DNA of 64,000 nt. It comes from Elusimicrobiota bacterium (GTDB lineage: Bacteria > Elusimicrobiota > Elusimicrobia > UBA1565 > JACRDR01). The notes beneath the pieces are model-generated. The model did not search any database and was not told where the DNA came from. It saw only the letters and a program-made list of their open reading frames with translations. The translations under genes were made by a program, and so were the position numbers. Where the stretch lies: the NCBI GenBank assembly GCA_041694815.1, contig JBGFSC010000018.1:1-64000 (forward strand). The letters run 5' to 3'. How positions within the stretch are numbered: position 1 is the stretch's first letter; the number at the start of each line of letters is the position of its first letter. Below, piece by piece: positions 23,008 to 31,871 of the stretch.

Positions 23008-23529
23008 ATGCAAATTCATATCACCGGAAGGCGCATTCGTCTGAGCCCGCCGCTTCGCGCGTACGTGGAGCAGAAACTCCAAAAAGCGCAAAAATATTTT
23101 AACCATATCATTTGGGCGCAGGTCATGCTTTCCGTAGAGAAGAAGGCCCAGCAGGCGGAGATCGTCGTCCACGCCGCGAGGCATACCTTCCGCGCCCTCG
23201 CCCGCGGACTTGACCTTTACTCCGCGGTGGACCTGGCCTCCGACAAAATCGACGCCCAGTTGAAAAAATATAAAGAGCGCTTACGCAATCACCATAAGGG
23301 AGCGCACGAGCCGACCCTCGAAACGCCTCCGGCGCCGCCGGTCCGTTTTTCCATCATCAAGCAGCAACTCACGCCTATCACCCGCGAAGAGGCAGCCAAC
23401 GACATGGAACGGCTCGGACAGAAATTCCGCATGTTCTGGGACCGAAGCACGGGCCATGTCTGCGTCGTATACCGTCGAGAAGACGAATCCTACGGCCTGC
23501 TACAGGCCGTCAAGAAGAACGGCCGGTGA
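23008..23529 (+). CDS. hpf: Ribosome hibernation promoting factor (long HPF)
   Basis: MQIHITGR..L..YVEQKL, DLYSAVD..KI..QL.KYK, C-terminal VVYRRED..YGL. Confidence 0.92.
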   Translation: MQIHITGRRIRLSPPLRAYVEQKLQKAQKYFNHIIWAQVMLSVEKKAQQAEIVVHAARHTFRALARGLDLYSAVDLASDKIDAQLKKYKERLRNHHKGAHEPTLETPPAPPVRFSIIKQQLTPITREEAANDMERLGQKFRMFWDRSTGHVCVVYRREDESYGLLQAVKKNGR

Positions 23530-24473
23530 ACGCCCTTAGCGTCGGAGAGCTCCTAAAGGAGCAGCGGGCCCGACTCAAGCTCGAGCTCATCACGGGCGAA
23601 AAGTCCTTGGGTCGCCATATCACGATCGCCGACGTGAACCGGCCGGGATTGTCCCTCGCCGGTCATTTGGAGCACTTTCGGGCCGAACGCATACAGATCA
23701 TCGGCCGCGGGGAGCACGCGTATTGCTCGAAAGCTCCGGCCAAGACCTTGGCGGACAACCTGGGCAAGATGCTTTCCCGGCCGGAGCTCCCGTGTCTGGT
23801 CATCACCCGCAACCTGAGCACCCCGGCCGCGCTCGCGCAGGCCTGCAGGAAATACAACGTCCCGCTTTTGCGCAGCAGCCTCGATACGGCCGCCTTCGTG
23901 GGTGAGCTCGCGGCGTTCCTGGAGCACCGCCTCGCGCCCATGACGCGGCTGCACGGCGTACTCGTCGACGTTTACGGGCTGGGGGTCCTTATCCAGGGAG
24001 ACAGCGGGATCGGAAAGTCGGAATGCGCCCTCGAGCTGCTCAAGCGGGGGCATATCCTCGTCTCCGACGACGTCGTCGAGATCCATAAGCGGCGGGGCGG
24101 GGTCCTTTTGGGCAGCTGCCCGGAACCGCTCAAGCATTACATGGAAGTGAGGGGCTTGGGTATCATCGACGTCAAATTGCTTTTTGGAATCGGATCCATC
24201 CTCAACCAATCCCGCGTCGAGCTCGCGATCTACCTCGACCCGTGGGAGTCGACGACCCAGTACGAGCGGGTCGGCATGGAGCTTAAGACCTCCAAGATAC
24301 TGGGGATCGACGTGCCGACCGTACACATCCCGGTAAGCCCGGGACGGAATCTCGCGGTGCTCATCGAAGTGGCCGCCTTGAACCAGAGGCTCCGCTCGCA
24401 AGGATACGTCAGCGCCCTGACGTTCAACCAGAGCTTGATCGAGCGCATGCGCAAAACGAGCGAGCGGACGTAG
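23526..24473 (+). CDS. hprK: HPr kinase/phosphorylase
   Basis: NRPGL.LAG, HGVLVDVYGLGVLIQGDSGIGKSECALEL, MEVRGLGII, PGRNLAVLIEVAA. Confidence 0.97.
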   Translation: MNALSVGELLKEQRARLKLELITGEKSLGRHITIADVNRPGLSLAGHLEHFRAERIQIIGRGEHAYCSKAPAKTLADNLGKMLSRPELPCLVITRNLSTPAALAQACRKYNVPLLRSSLDTAAFVGELAAFLEHRLAPMTRLHGVLVDVYGLGVLIQGDSGIGKSECALELLKRGHILVSDDVVEIHKRRGGVLLGSCPEPLKHYMEVRGLGIIDVKLLFGIGSILNQSRVELAIYLDPWESTTQYERVGMELKTSKILGIDVPTVHIPVSPGRNLAVLIEVAALNQRLRSQGYVSALTFNQSLIERMRKTSERT

Positions 24474-24479
24474 GCTCCG

Positions 24480-25337
24480 ATGAAGCCGAAGGGCCGCAAG
24501 CTGTTCATTATCACGGGTGTTTCGGGAGCCGGGAAAAGCCAGGCCTTGAAATGCTTCGAGGATTTCGGCTTCTTCTGCGTCGACAACCTGCCGATCGCCC
24601 TGCTGGGACAGTTTTCCCAGCTGCTAGCCAAGCGTCCGGAGCTCTTGCGCGTCGCCCTGGGCATCGACGTGCGCGAGGGCAAATTCTTGAAGGACCTTGG
24701 CTCGTGGCTCAAGGACATCCGTAGCAAGGGCTTGGATTACCGGATTCTCTTTTTGGACGCCTCCGACCGCGTCGTCGTCCAGCGATTCTCGGAGACCCGG
24801 CACCGGCATCCGCTCGGTACCAACGTCGTCGATGCGGTTCGGCGCGAACGGCGCATCCTCATGGACATCAAGGCGATGGCCGACAAGGTCATCGATACGA
24901 CCGGCATGACCTTAGGAGAGCTCAAGGAAACCTTGTCGATGGCGTTGGAATTGAGGGGAACCAAGGAAATGAATCTTTCGCTGGTTTCCTTCGGATACAA
25001 ATTTGGGATCCCGTTGGACGCGGACCTGGTTTTCGACGTCCGCTTTCTCCCCAACCCCAACTACGAGCCCAGGCTGCGCCGCAAGAACGGGTTGGACCGC
25101 GCGGTGCGCCAGTATCTCCTCGCGCAGCCAGCCGCGAACGAGTTCTTGAGGAAATTTTCGGACTTGATCCAGTCGCTGCTGCCGCATTACATCCACGAAG
25201 GCAAGTCCTATCTGACATTGGCCGTCGGCTGCACGGGCGGCCATCACCGTAGCGTCTTCATCACGCACGACCTGGTTCGTACACTCCAGAAGCAGGGCTA
25301 CACGGTGCGCGAATTCCACCGGGATATCCACCGCTGA
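24480..25337 (+). CDS. rapZ: RNase adapter RapZ/YvcJ
   Basis: TGVSGAGKS, CVDNLP, SFGYKFGIP.DADLVFDVRFLPNP, GCTGGHHRSV. Confidence 0.96.
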   Translation: MKPKGRKLFIITGVSGAGKSQALKCFEDFGFFCVDNLPIALLGQFSQLLAKRPELLRVALGIDVREGKFLKDLGSWLKDIRSKGLDYRILFLDASDRVVVQRFSETRHRHPLGTNVVDAVRRERRILMDIKAMADKVIDTTGMTLGELKETLSMALELRGTKEMNLSLVSFGYKFGIPLDADLVFDVRFLPNPNYEPRLRRKNGLDRAVRQYLLAQPAANEFLRKFSDLIQSLLPHYIHEGKSYLTLAVGCTGGHHRSVFITHDLVRTLQKQGYTVREFHRDIHR

Positions 25338-25750
25338 TGGTCAACTTCGTCATCATTACGCACGGGGAGTTCGGCGCGTATCTCGTGGAGGCGGCGGAAA
25401 ACATCGTCGGCAGGCAAAAGGAGGGTGTCGCGGTGGTCTCGATTTCTTCCCGGTTGAGCGTGGAGGAGGCTAGGCACCGCGTCCTGGATGCCGTGACCGC
25501 GCTGCGCCAACCGGAGGGGCTCATCGTCGCCACCGATATCCCCGGAGGGACCCCAAGCAACATCGTGCTCCCGGTGGTCAAGGATTTCCCGTGGGTTAGC
25601 GTAGTCAGCGGGCTCAACCTCTATATGCTCGTGACTGCCTTCAGCCACCGCGCCGACATGCCTTGCCGGGAATTGACCGCCAAGATGATCGCCGACGGAC
25701 AGAAATCGATCCGGGACATCAAAGCGGCCTTGCTGTCGAAGGTGCGCTGA
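25337..25750 (+). CDS. PTS mannose-class EIIA
   Basis: ITHG phospho-His, TDIPGGTPSN, GLNL.ML. Confidence 0.92.
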   Translation: MVNFVIITHGEFGAYLVEAAENIVGRQKEGVAVVSISSRLSVEEARHRVLDAVTALRQPEGLIVATDIPGGTPSNIVLPVVKDFPWVSVVSGLNLYMLVTAFSHRADMPCRELTAKMIADGQKSIRDIKAALLSKVR

Positions 25751-26233
25751 GTGGCCATCGATTTCGTCCGCATCGACGACCGCCTGGTCCACGGCCAAGT
25801 GGTGGAGGGGTGGATCCCGTACTTGAAGGCGGAGAGGGTCGTCGTGGTCTGCGACCAAGCGGCCCAGGACCCGACCCAACAGGCGCTCATGCGCCTGGCA
25901 CTACCGGATTCCGTAGAGCTTGACGTTCTCGCGATATCGGAAGTCGCCCAGTTCCTGCGTTCGGAGCGATGCGCCGACTCGCGCATCCTGGTCCTGGTGC
26001 CGAGCCCGAAGGAGGCGCTCGCCCTAGTGAAGGAGGGGCTCGGGCTCCAGTCGATCAACGTGGGCGGACTGCATTATTCGGCGGGACGGATTCAATTGGG
26101 CAAGGTGATTTTCTTGAGCGAAGAGGACCGACGGACACTCAAGGAGATCGCCGAAAAGGGGGTACTGCTGGAGGGTCGTGCCGTCCCAAGCGACCGAAAA
26201 ATGGACGTGGCGGGACTTCTGGCCGGGGCATAG
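25751..26233 (+). CDS. PTS mannose-class EIIB
   Basis: RIDDRLVHGQV, INVGG, VPSD. Confidence 0.94.
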   Translation: MAIDFVRIDDRLVHGQVVEGWIPYLKAERVVVVCDQAAQDPTQQALMRLALPDSVELDVLAISEVAQFLRSERCADSRILVLVPSPKEALALVKEGLGLQSINVGGLHYSAGRIQLGKVIFLSEEDRRTLKEIAEKGVLLEGRAVPSDRKMDVAGLLAGA

Positions 26234-26236
26234 GCG

Positions 26237-28330
26237 ATGGTCCATCTATTGCTTGGTATCCATAATCATCAACCCGTCGGCAATTTCGACGAGGTGCTTG
26301 AAAAGGCGTTCCAATCGTCCTATCGGCCTTTCCTTGATACCCTGGAACGCCATCCGGGCATCCGCCTTGGCGTTCATTTTTCCGGAGTACTGTACGAATG
26401 GCTGGCGGCGAGGCATCCGGATTTACTCAACCGCCTCGCGGAGTTCGCGCGGCAGGGCCGGGTGGAGCTGCTGGGGGGAGGCTTTTACGAACCCATCATC
26501 GCTTCTCTTCCGGAAAAGGACCAACGTGGACAGATCGAAGCGATGCGGCACTACCTCAAGCAGCGTTTCGGCATCGAGGCCACGGGCTTTTGGCTAGCCG
26601 AAAGGGTCTGGGAGCCGCAGCTGCCAAAGGTCCTCGCCCGCTCGGGCGTCGGCTATACGGTGGTCGACGATACGCATTTCCTCTCCGTCGGCTTTTCCGA
26701 GTCGGAGCTCAAGGGCTATTTCTTAACGGAGGCGGAAGGGAAGGAGTTGAGGGTGTTCCCTATTTCCCAAAGGCTGCGGTACATGATCCCCTACTCGTCA
26801 CCGGAGGAGGTTATTGAATACTTGAGGGAGGCCGACCGGGCCCAACCGGAAGGGTCTCCCGCCTTGGTGATGGCTGACGACGGGGAAAAGTTCGGCCTAT
26901 GGCCGGATACGTTTGAGAGGGTGTATCAGCAGGGATGGTTGGAACGCTTCTTTTCCCTGATCGAGGAAAACGCATCCTGGCTGCGTAGTTCCACGTTCTC
27001 GGAATACCTGCGCCAACACCCGCCGCTTGGATGGGCTTATCTGCCGACGACCTCCTATGCCGAGTTGTCGGAATGGGCCTTGGGTCCGGAATCCAGCGGG
27101 GAATTAAAGAGGGTGCTCCATGACGCTTCGCCCGCCTCGAGGCGATTTTTACGCGGCGGTTATTTCCGTAATTTCTTAACTAAATATCCTGAGGCCAACC
27201 GGCTCTACCGTAAAATGCTACGGGTCAGCGAAAAGGTGCACGCGCTGGAGTCGCCACGCCTGCGGGGGAAAGTGGCCCCAGAGGCCATCCGCCAAGCCTT
27301 GGGGCATCTCTGGCGAGGGCAGTGCAATTGCGCCTATTGGCACGGTGTTTTCGGAGGTCTCTATTTGCCGCACCTGCGCAACGCCGTCTATGAGAACCTT
27401 CTCAAGGCCGAGCGCGTGGTTTCCCGCGCGCAGAATGAGGCCGGACGGAAGCCGCAGGCATTTTCCGTATCATTCGAGGATTGGGACGCCGATGGGGAAC
27501 CGGAGACGCTCGTGGAGGACGAGAATGCGAACTGGTATTTTGCCCCGAACAAGGGGGCCGGTTTGTGGGAGTGGGATTTGAAGGAGGTAGGGGTTAACGC
27601 GTGCGGCGTCGTCAGTCGGAGGCGGGAAGCATACCATGAGCGCATCGGCGAGGCGGTTTCGCATTCGTCGGGTGGCGCCCGCACCATTCACGAGGGAACG
27701 CGGGCCAAGCAGGGCAATTTGGGCGCCGAGCTGTTTTACGACTGGCACGGGCGCATGTCATTGCTCGACCATTTCCTGCATCCCGATACCCGACGCCAGG
27801 ACTTCGCCTCGGCGCGCTACGGCGAGCAGGGCGATTTCGTGCTAGGCCGGTACCGGTCCGAAAAGCCGTCGTGCAAAGATGGCCGTTTCCGGCTGGCTTT
27901 CGAGAGGGACGGGACCGTATGGGCGCACAGCCAGGCCCTGGCCATCCGCGTGCGCAAGGAGGTCGAGCTGAATCCCGACGGGTCCTGGCGCTGCCTCTAT
28001 ACCTTGTATAATCGGGGCTCGAGCGAGGCCCATTTGTGGTTTGGATCGGAATTGGCATTGGCTTTCTCCACGCCGCAGATTTGCCCCGCCGCGGAGGAAT
28101 CCGGGGTCGAGCTCAAGAGCTACCGAGACGCGCCTTTAAAGCTTTCGCTGCGCTTGGCGATCGATTCCCCGTCCGATCTCTGGTCTTTTCCTTTGTATAC
28201 GATCTCGCAATCGGAGGAGGGCTTTGAAAGGACGTATCAAGGCAGCGTCGTGCTGCTCCACCGCCGGTGGGTCCTCGGGCCTGGTCAGTCACAGGACTGG
28301 GGCTTCGGCGTGGAGGCCGGGCCCCTATGA
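26237..28330 (+). CDS. GH57 alpha-amylase / 4-alpha-glucanotransferase
   Basis: HNHQPVGN, GGGFYEPI, WLAERVWEP (nucleophile), DDGEKFGLWP (acid/base), QCNCAYWHGVFGGLYLPHLR. Confidence 0.93.
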   Translation: MVHLLLGIHNHQPVGNFDEVLEKAFQSSYRPFLDTLERHPGIRLGVHFSGVLYEWLAARHPDLLNRLAEFARQGRVELLGGGFYEPIIASLPEKDQRGQIEAMRHYLKQRFGIEATGFWLAERVWEPQLPKVLARSGVGYTVVDDTHFLSVGFSESELKGYFLTEAEGKELRVFPISQRLRYMIPYSSPEEVIEYLREADRAQPEGSPALVMADDGEKFGLWPDTFERVYQQGWLERFFSLIEENASWLRSSTFSEYLRQHPPLGWAYLPTTSYAELSEWALGPESSGELKRVLHDASPASRRFLRGGYFRNFLTKYPEANRLYRKMLRVSEKVHALESPRLRGKVAPEAIRQALGHLWRGQCNCAYWHGVFGGLYLPHLRNAVYENLLKAERVVSRAQNEAGRKPQAFSVSFEDWDADGEPETLVEDENANWYFAPNKGAGLWEWDLKEVGVNACGVVSRRREAYHERIGEAVSHSSGGARTIHEGTRAKQGNLGAELFYDWHGRMSLLDHFLHPDTRRQDFASARYGEQGDFVLGRYRSEKPSCKDGRFRLAFERDGTVWAHSQALAIRVRKEVELNPDGSWRCLYTLYNRGSSEAHLWFGSELALAFSTPQICPAAEESGVELKSYRDAPLKLSLRLAIDSPSDLWSFPLYTISQSEEGFERTYQGSVVLLHRRWVLGPGQSQDWGFGVEAGPL

Positions 28331-28929
28331 ATATGCCGGCACTCTGCGCCGCCGCGGCGATCGTCGAGCTCGACGCGGTCCACGTCGGCCAGTGGATGGT
28401 CTCGCGACCGATCGTGCTTGGTCCGGCCTTCGGGGCTCTCTGCGGAGCGCCGGAGCTTGGGGCGGCGGCCGGGGCCTTATTTGAGCTTTTCTGCGTCGAC
28501 GTGTTGCCGGTCGGAGCCGCCCTGCCGATCAACGGCTCCGTCGCGGTAGTCGCCTTCCTTCTGCTGGCGGCCGGTCCCGCCGAGACGCCTCCGGCTGCGG
28601 CGTTTCCGGCTGCCCTGCTCTTGGGTAGCCTGTTCCGCCGCTTGGACGCTCGCGTGCGCAATCGCCGCGCCCGTCTGACCGCGCTGGCCGAGGACTCCGT
28701 AGAGCGGGGAAAGGATCCGCATTTGGGTCGATTGATCTTGAGCGGCCTGGGTTGGCACGCTGTGGCCACCTTCGCCTTTTTGTACCTAGGCGTCCTCGGC
28801 TTGGGTCCGGGATTGCGCTGGGCATGGGCCGCGGCGCCGGAGACCCTCCAGCGCGGGCTCGTGCTGGCGTTTTCGAACGCGCCATGGCTTGGACTAGCCG
28901 CTCTCCTTTATTCCCTAAAACCCAAATGA
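28327..28929 (+). CDS. PTS mannose-class EIIC (short, divergent)
   Basis: Q.MVSRPIVLG..G, GALFELF..PVGAALP; about 200 aa. Confidence 0.85.
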   Translation: MNMPALCAAAAIVELDAVHVGQWMVSRPIVLGPAFGALCGAPELGAAAGALFELFCVDVLPVGAALPINGSVAVVAFLLLAAGPAETPPAAAFPAALLLGSLFRRLDARVRNRRARLTALAEDSVERGKDPHLGRLILSGLGWHAVATFAFLYLGVLGLGPGLRWAWAAAPETLQRGLVLAFSNAPWLGLAALLYSLKPK

Positions 28930-29720
28930 CGGCCACGACCCTAGAAAAACGGATGGATAAGGGCCTGCAGGCCCAGGTAGCGGCGCGGGGCCTGCTGCTT
29001 CAGAGCTGCTGGAATTACGAGCGGATGCAGAACATCGGCTTCGCCTTCGCGATGGAGCCTTGGCTACGGCGCATCGCTGGCGGAGACGATCCGCGGCTGC
29101 GCAAGGCCTTGTCCCGCCACCTAGAATTTTTCAATACGCAGCCGTACATGGCGTCCTTCGTTTGCGGGGTCGTCGGCCGCCTGGAGGAGGAGCTCGCCGG
29201 ACAGGAGGAGCCCTCGCGGATTCATCGCGTCGCGTCGCTCAAGGGCGCCTTCGGGGCCGCGCTGGCCGGCATCGGCGACGCGTTGTTCTGGGGGGCGTTG
29301 CGCCCCTGCTGCGCCGCCTTGGCCGTTGGGACGTGGCTTTTTCTGTGGGCGTCAGGGCAATCCCATGCCGCGTTATGGGCCGCCCTCGTCTATCTGGCCG
29401 CCTATAACCTGCCGGCCCTCTGGGTGCGATGGCACGGCGTCTCCTTCGGGTACCGTTGGGGGGAAGCGACCTCCTCCGAGCTCAAACGCTTCCAATGGCA
29501 GGCGCGCATCAAGAATATCCGTTGGATCGGCTTCATTCTGGCGTTGGGACTGACCGCTTATTCCTTGGCGGTTCCCGGTTGGGGTCCCGGTCAGTTCTGG
29601 ATCAATGCCTCGATTCTAGCGGCCGCGCTGCTCGCCCGAGCCCTGGGCCTGGCAACGCCGCGCATCTACGCCTATTCGATCGCCGCGTGGACGGTGGTCG
29701 CTTTTATTCTTGGGGAATGA
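28926..29720 (+). CDS. PTS mannose-class EIID
   Basis: LQSCWNYERMQNIGF, RHLEFFNTQP, LAGIGDALFW..LRP. Confidence 0.93.
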   Translation: MTATTLEKRMDKGLQAQVAARGLLLQSCWNYERMQNIGFAFAMEPWLRRIAGGDDPRLRKALSRHLEFFNTQPYMASFVCGVVGRLEEELAGQEEPSRIHRVASLKGAFGAALAGIGDALFWGALRPCCAALAVGTWLFLWASGQSHAALWAALVYLAAYNLPALWVRWHGVSFGYRWGEATSSELKRFQWQARIKNIRWIGFILALGLTAYSLAVPGWGPGQFWINASILAAALLARALGLATPRIYAYSIAAWTVVAFILGE

Positions 29721-29983
29721 TCGTGCAAAAAACGCTGACGGTTAAGAATAAATTGGGATTGCACGCCCGCCCCGCGGCGCTGTTCGTGCAAACGGTGGGG
29801 AAATACCGCTGCAAGGTGCTAGTGGCCAAGGGAGAGGTCGAGGTGAACGGGAAAAGCCTCATGGGGCTCATGATGCTGGCGGCTGAGCAGGGCTCGCAGC
29901 TGCGCATCACGCTCGACGGAGGGGACGCGCAGGAGGCGATGCAGGACTTGGAGAAGTTGTTTAATAGGAACTTCGATGAGTGA
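29717..29983 (+). CDS. ptsH: Phosphocarrier protein HPr
   Basis: GLHARPAA (His15) and NGKSLMGL (Ser46). Confidence 0.96.
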   Translation: MIVQKTLTVKNKLGLHARPAALFVQTVGKYRCKVLVAKGEVEVNGKSLMGLMMLAAEQGSQLRITLDGGDAQEAMQDLEKLFNRNFDE

Positions 29984-30132
29984 ACGAACGGCAATTTTTA
30001 CGCGCTTTGAGCGCGTGGCTCGGCGCAAACGACCGCGCCGAGCTCGGAATACTCGCGAGAAACCTCGAACTTCGTCGCGCGAAGCGCGACGAAGTCACGC
30101 GCCCGAGGCGCGTAAAAGCCGCCGTTTTCCAA
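29981..30132. repeat. Composite REP/REPIN-like element: two inverted ~36-bp units enclosing two hairpins
   Basis: 29987-30020 and 30093-30126 are inverted copies (27/34 identical). Inner hairpins lie at 30018-30043 and 30069-30095. A third unit is at 56559-56594. Confidence 0.75.
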
Positions 30133-30136
30133 AATC

Positions 30137-31855
30137 ATGATCGTTATTAAAGGCGTCGCCGCCAGCCCCGGCATCGCGATGGGAAAGGCCTATGTCCTCG
30201 AGGACGAAGAGATCGTCGTCAACCGTCTGGAGATACCCAAGGAGAAGACCCGCAACGAGACCAAGCGCTTCAAGCAGGCCCTCGAGGCGACCTACCGCGA
30301 TCTCGACCAGGCCGAAGCGAAGGTGCTCCGGACGCTGGGCAAGCAGCACGCCAAACTCATCGACACGCACCGGTTGATCCTGTCGGACCCTCTCATCACC
30401 AAGGAGGTTCCGCGCCGCATCATGGAGGAGCGCGTCAATGCCGAATTCGCGCTATCGGAGGCGCTCGACCGGGTCAACGAGGCCTTCGAGAAGATCGAGG
30501 ACGAGTTTTTCCGAGAGAGGCGGCACGATCTCTTCGACGTCGGCAAGCGGCTGCTCTCGCACCTCCTCAAGCAGGAGAGGCGCGCCCTCACCTCCGTCGA
30601 CGCGCCCGCGATCCTCGTCGCGCGCAACCTCCTGCCTTCCGACACCGTCAACCTCAAGGAGACCAAGATATTGGGCTTCGCCACGGATTTGGGGGGCAAG
30701 ACCAGCCATACCGCCATCCTGGCGCAAGGCATGCAGATCCCGGCCGTTGTGGGACTTTCCGACGGCAGCCATCGGGTCAAGACCGGTGACTTCGTGATCT
30801 TGGACGGCGAGCATGGGTTGCTCATCATCTCGCCGAGCCCCGAGGCAATCGCGCGCTACCAGAAGGTCCAGATCAAGACCGAGCAGGAGGAAAAGGCGCT
30901 CGAGGCCCTGCGCGGGCAGCCCACGCTGACCGTCGATGGCAAGCGCTTTGAGATGTCGGCCAACCTCGACACGCCCGAGGAGCTCAAGTCGATCCTCTCG
31001 CTCAAGACCGACGGCATCGGACTTTTTCGGACGGAGTACCTCTATCTCAACCGCCTCGACCCCCCGACCGAGGAGGAGCAATTCAAGGCGTATTCGCATA
31101 TCGTCAAGGCGATGGCGGGCCAGCCCGTGATCATCCGCACTGCGGATATCGGCGGCGACCGCCTGGCCCAGCTCGGCATCGACGGCCCCAAGAACGAGAC
31201 CAACCCTTTCATGGGCCTGCGGGGAATCCGCCTGTTCCTACGCCACTCGGACCTGTTCAAGACGCAGATGCGTGCCATCCTACGTTCGGCGACGCACGGC
31301 AAGGTGCGGGTCCTGCTGCCGATGGTCTCCTCGATGGCGGAGCTGCGCAGCGCCCGGCGCATATTCTTCACGGCCCAGCAGGAGCTGCTCGCCGAAGGGG
31401 TCGAGGCCGCCAAAAAGGTCGAGCTGGGGATCATGGTCGAGATCCCCTCGGCGGCCCTGCTGTTGGACCACCTCTTTGGCGAGGCGGATTTCATCTCGAT
31501 CGGCACCAACGACCTGATCCAATATGTGCTAGCCGTCGACCGGATCAACGAGCACGTCGCCCATCTCTACGATCCGTTCCACCCGGCCGTGGTGCGCCTG
31601 CTCCATCAAATCGTCGTCACGGCCAAGAGGATGGGTAAGTGGGTGACGGTCTGCGGCGAGATGACCTCCGACCCGAAAGCGGTTCCTCTGCTAGTCGGCA
31701 TGGGCGTCGATACCCTCTCCGTCTCCACGCGGATGTTCCTGCGCGTCAAGCAGATCGTCATGTCCCTCAAGCAGGATGTGGCGGCCAAATTGGTGGAGAA
31801 GGCCGTGACCCTCGCCGATTCCGAGGAGATACAACGCCTTCTCAGCGACTTGTAG
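30137..31855 (+). CDS. ptsI: PTS enzyme I
   Basis: GGKTSHTAI, GIGLFRTE, ETNPFMGLRGIR, SIGTNDLIQY, VCGEM. Confidence 0.97.
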   Translation: MIVIKGVAASPGIAMGKAYVLEDEEIVVNRLEIPKEKTRNETKRFKQALEATYRDLDQAEAKVLRTLGKQHAKLIDTHRLILSDPLITKEVPRRIMEERVNAEFALSEALDRVNEAFEKIEDEFFRERRHDLFDVGKRLLSHLLKQERRALTSVDAPAILVARNLLPSDTVNLKETKILGFATDLGGKTSHTAILAQGMQIPAVVGLSDGSHRVKTGDFVILDGEHGLLIISPSPEAIARYQKVQIKTEQEEKALEALRGQPTLTVDGKRFEMSANLDTPEELKSILSLKTDGIGLFRTEYLYLNRLDPPTEEEQFKAYSHIVKAMAGQPVIIRTADIGGDRLAQLGIDGPKNETNPFMGLRGIRLFLRHSDLFKTQMRAILRSATHGKVRVLLPMVSSMAELRSARRIFFTAQQELLAEGVEAAKKVELGIMVEIPSAALLLDHLFGEADFISIGTNDLIQYVLAVDRINEHVAHLYDPFHPAVVRLLHQIVVTAKRMGKWVTVCGEMTSDPKAVPLLVGMGVDTLSVSTRMFLRVKQIVMSLKQDVAAKLVEKAVTLADSEEIQRLLSDL

Positions 31856-31871
31856 TCCCCGCGCGCTCCTC

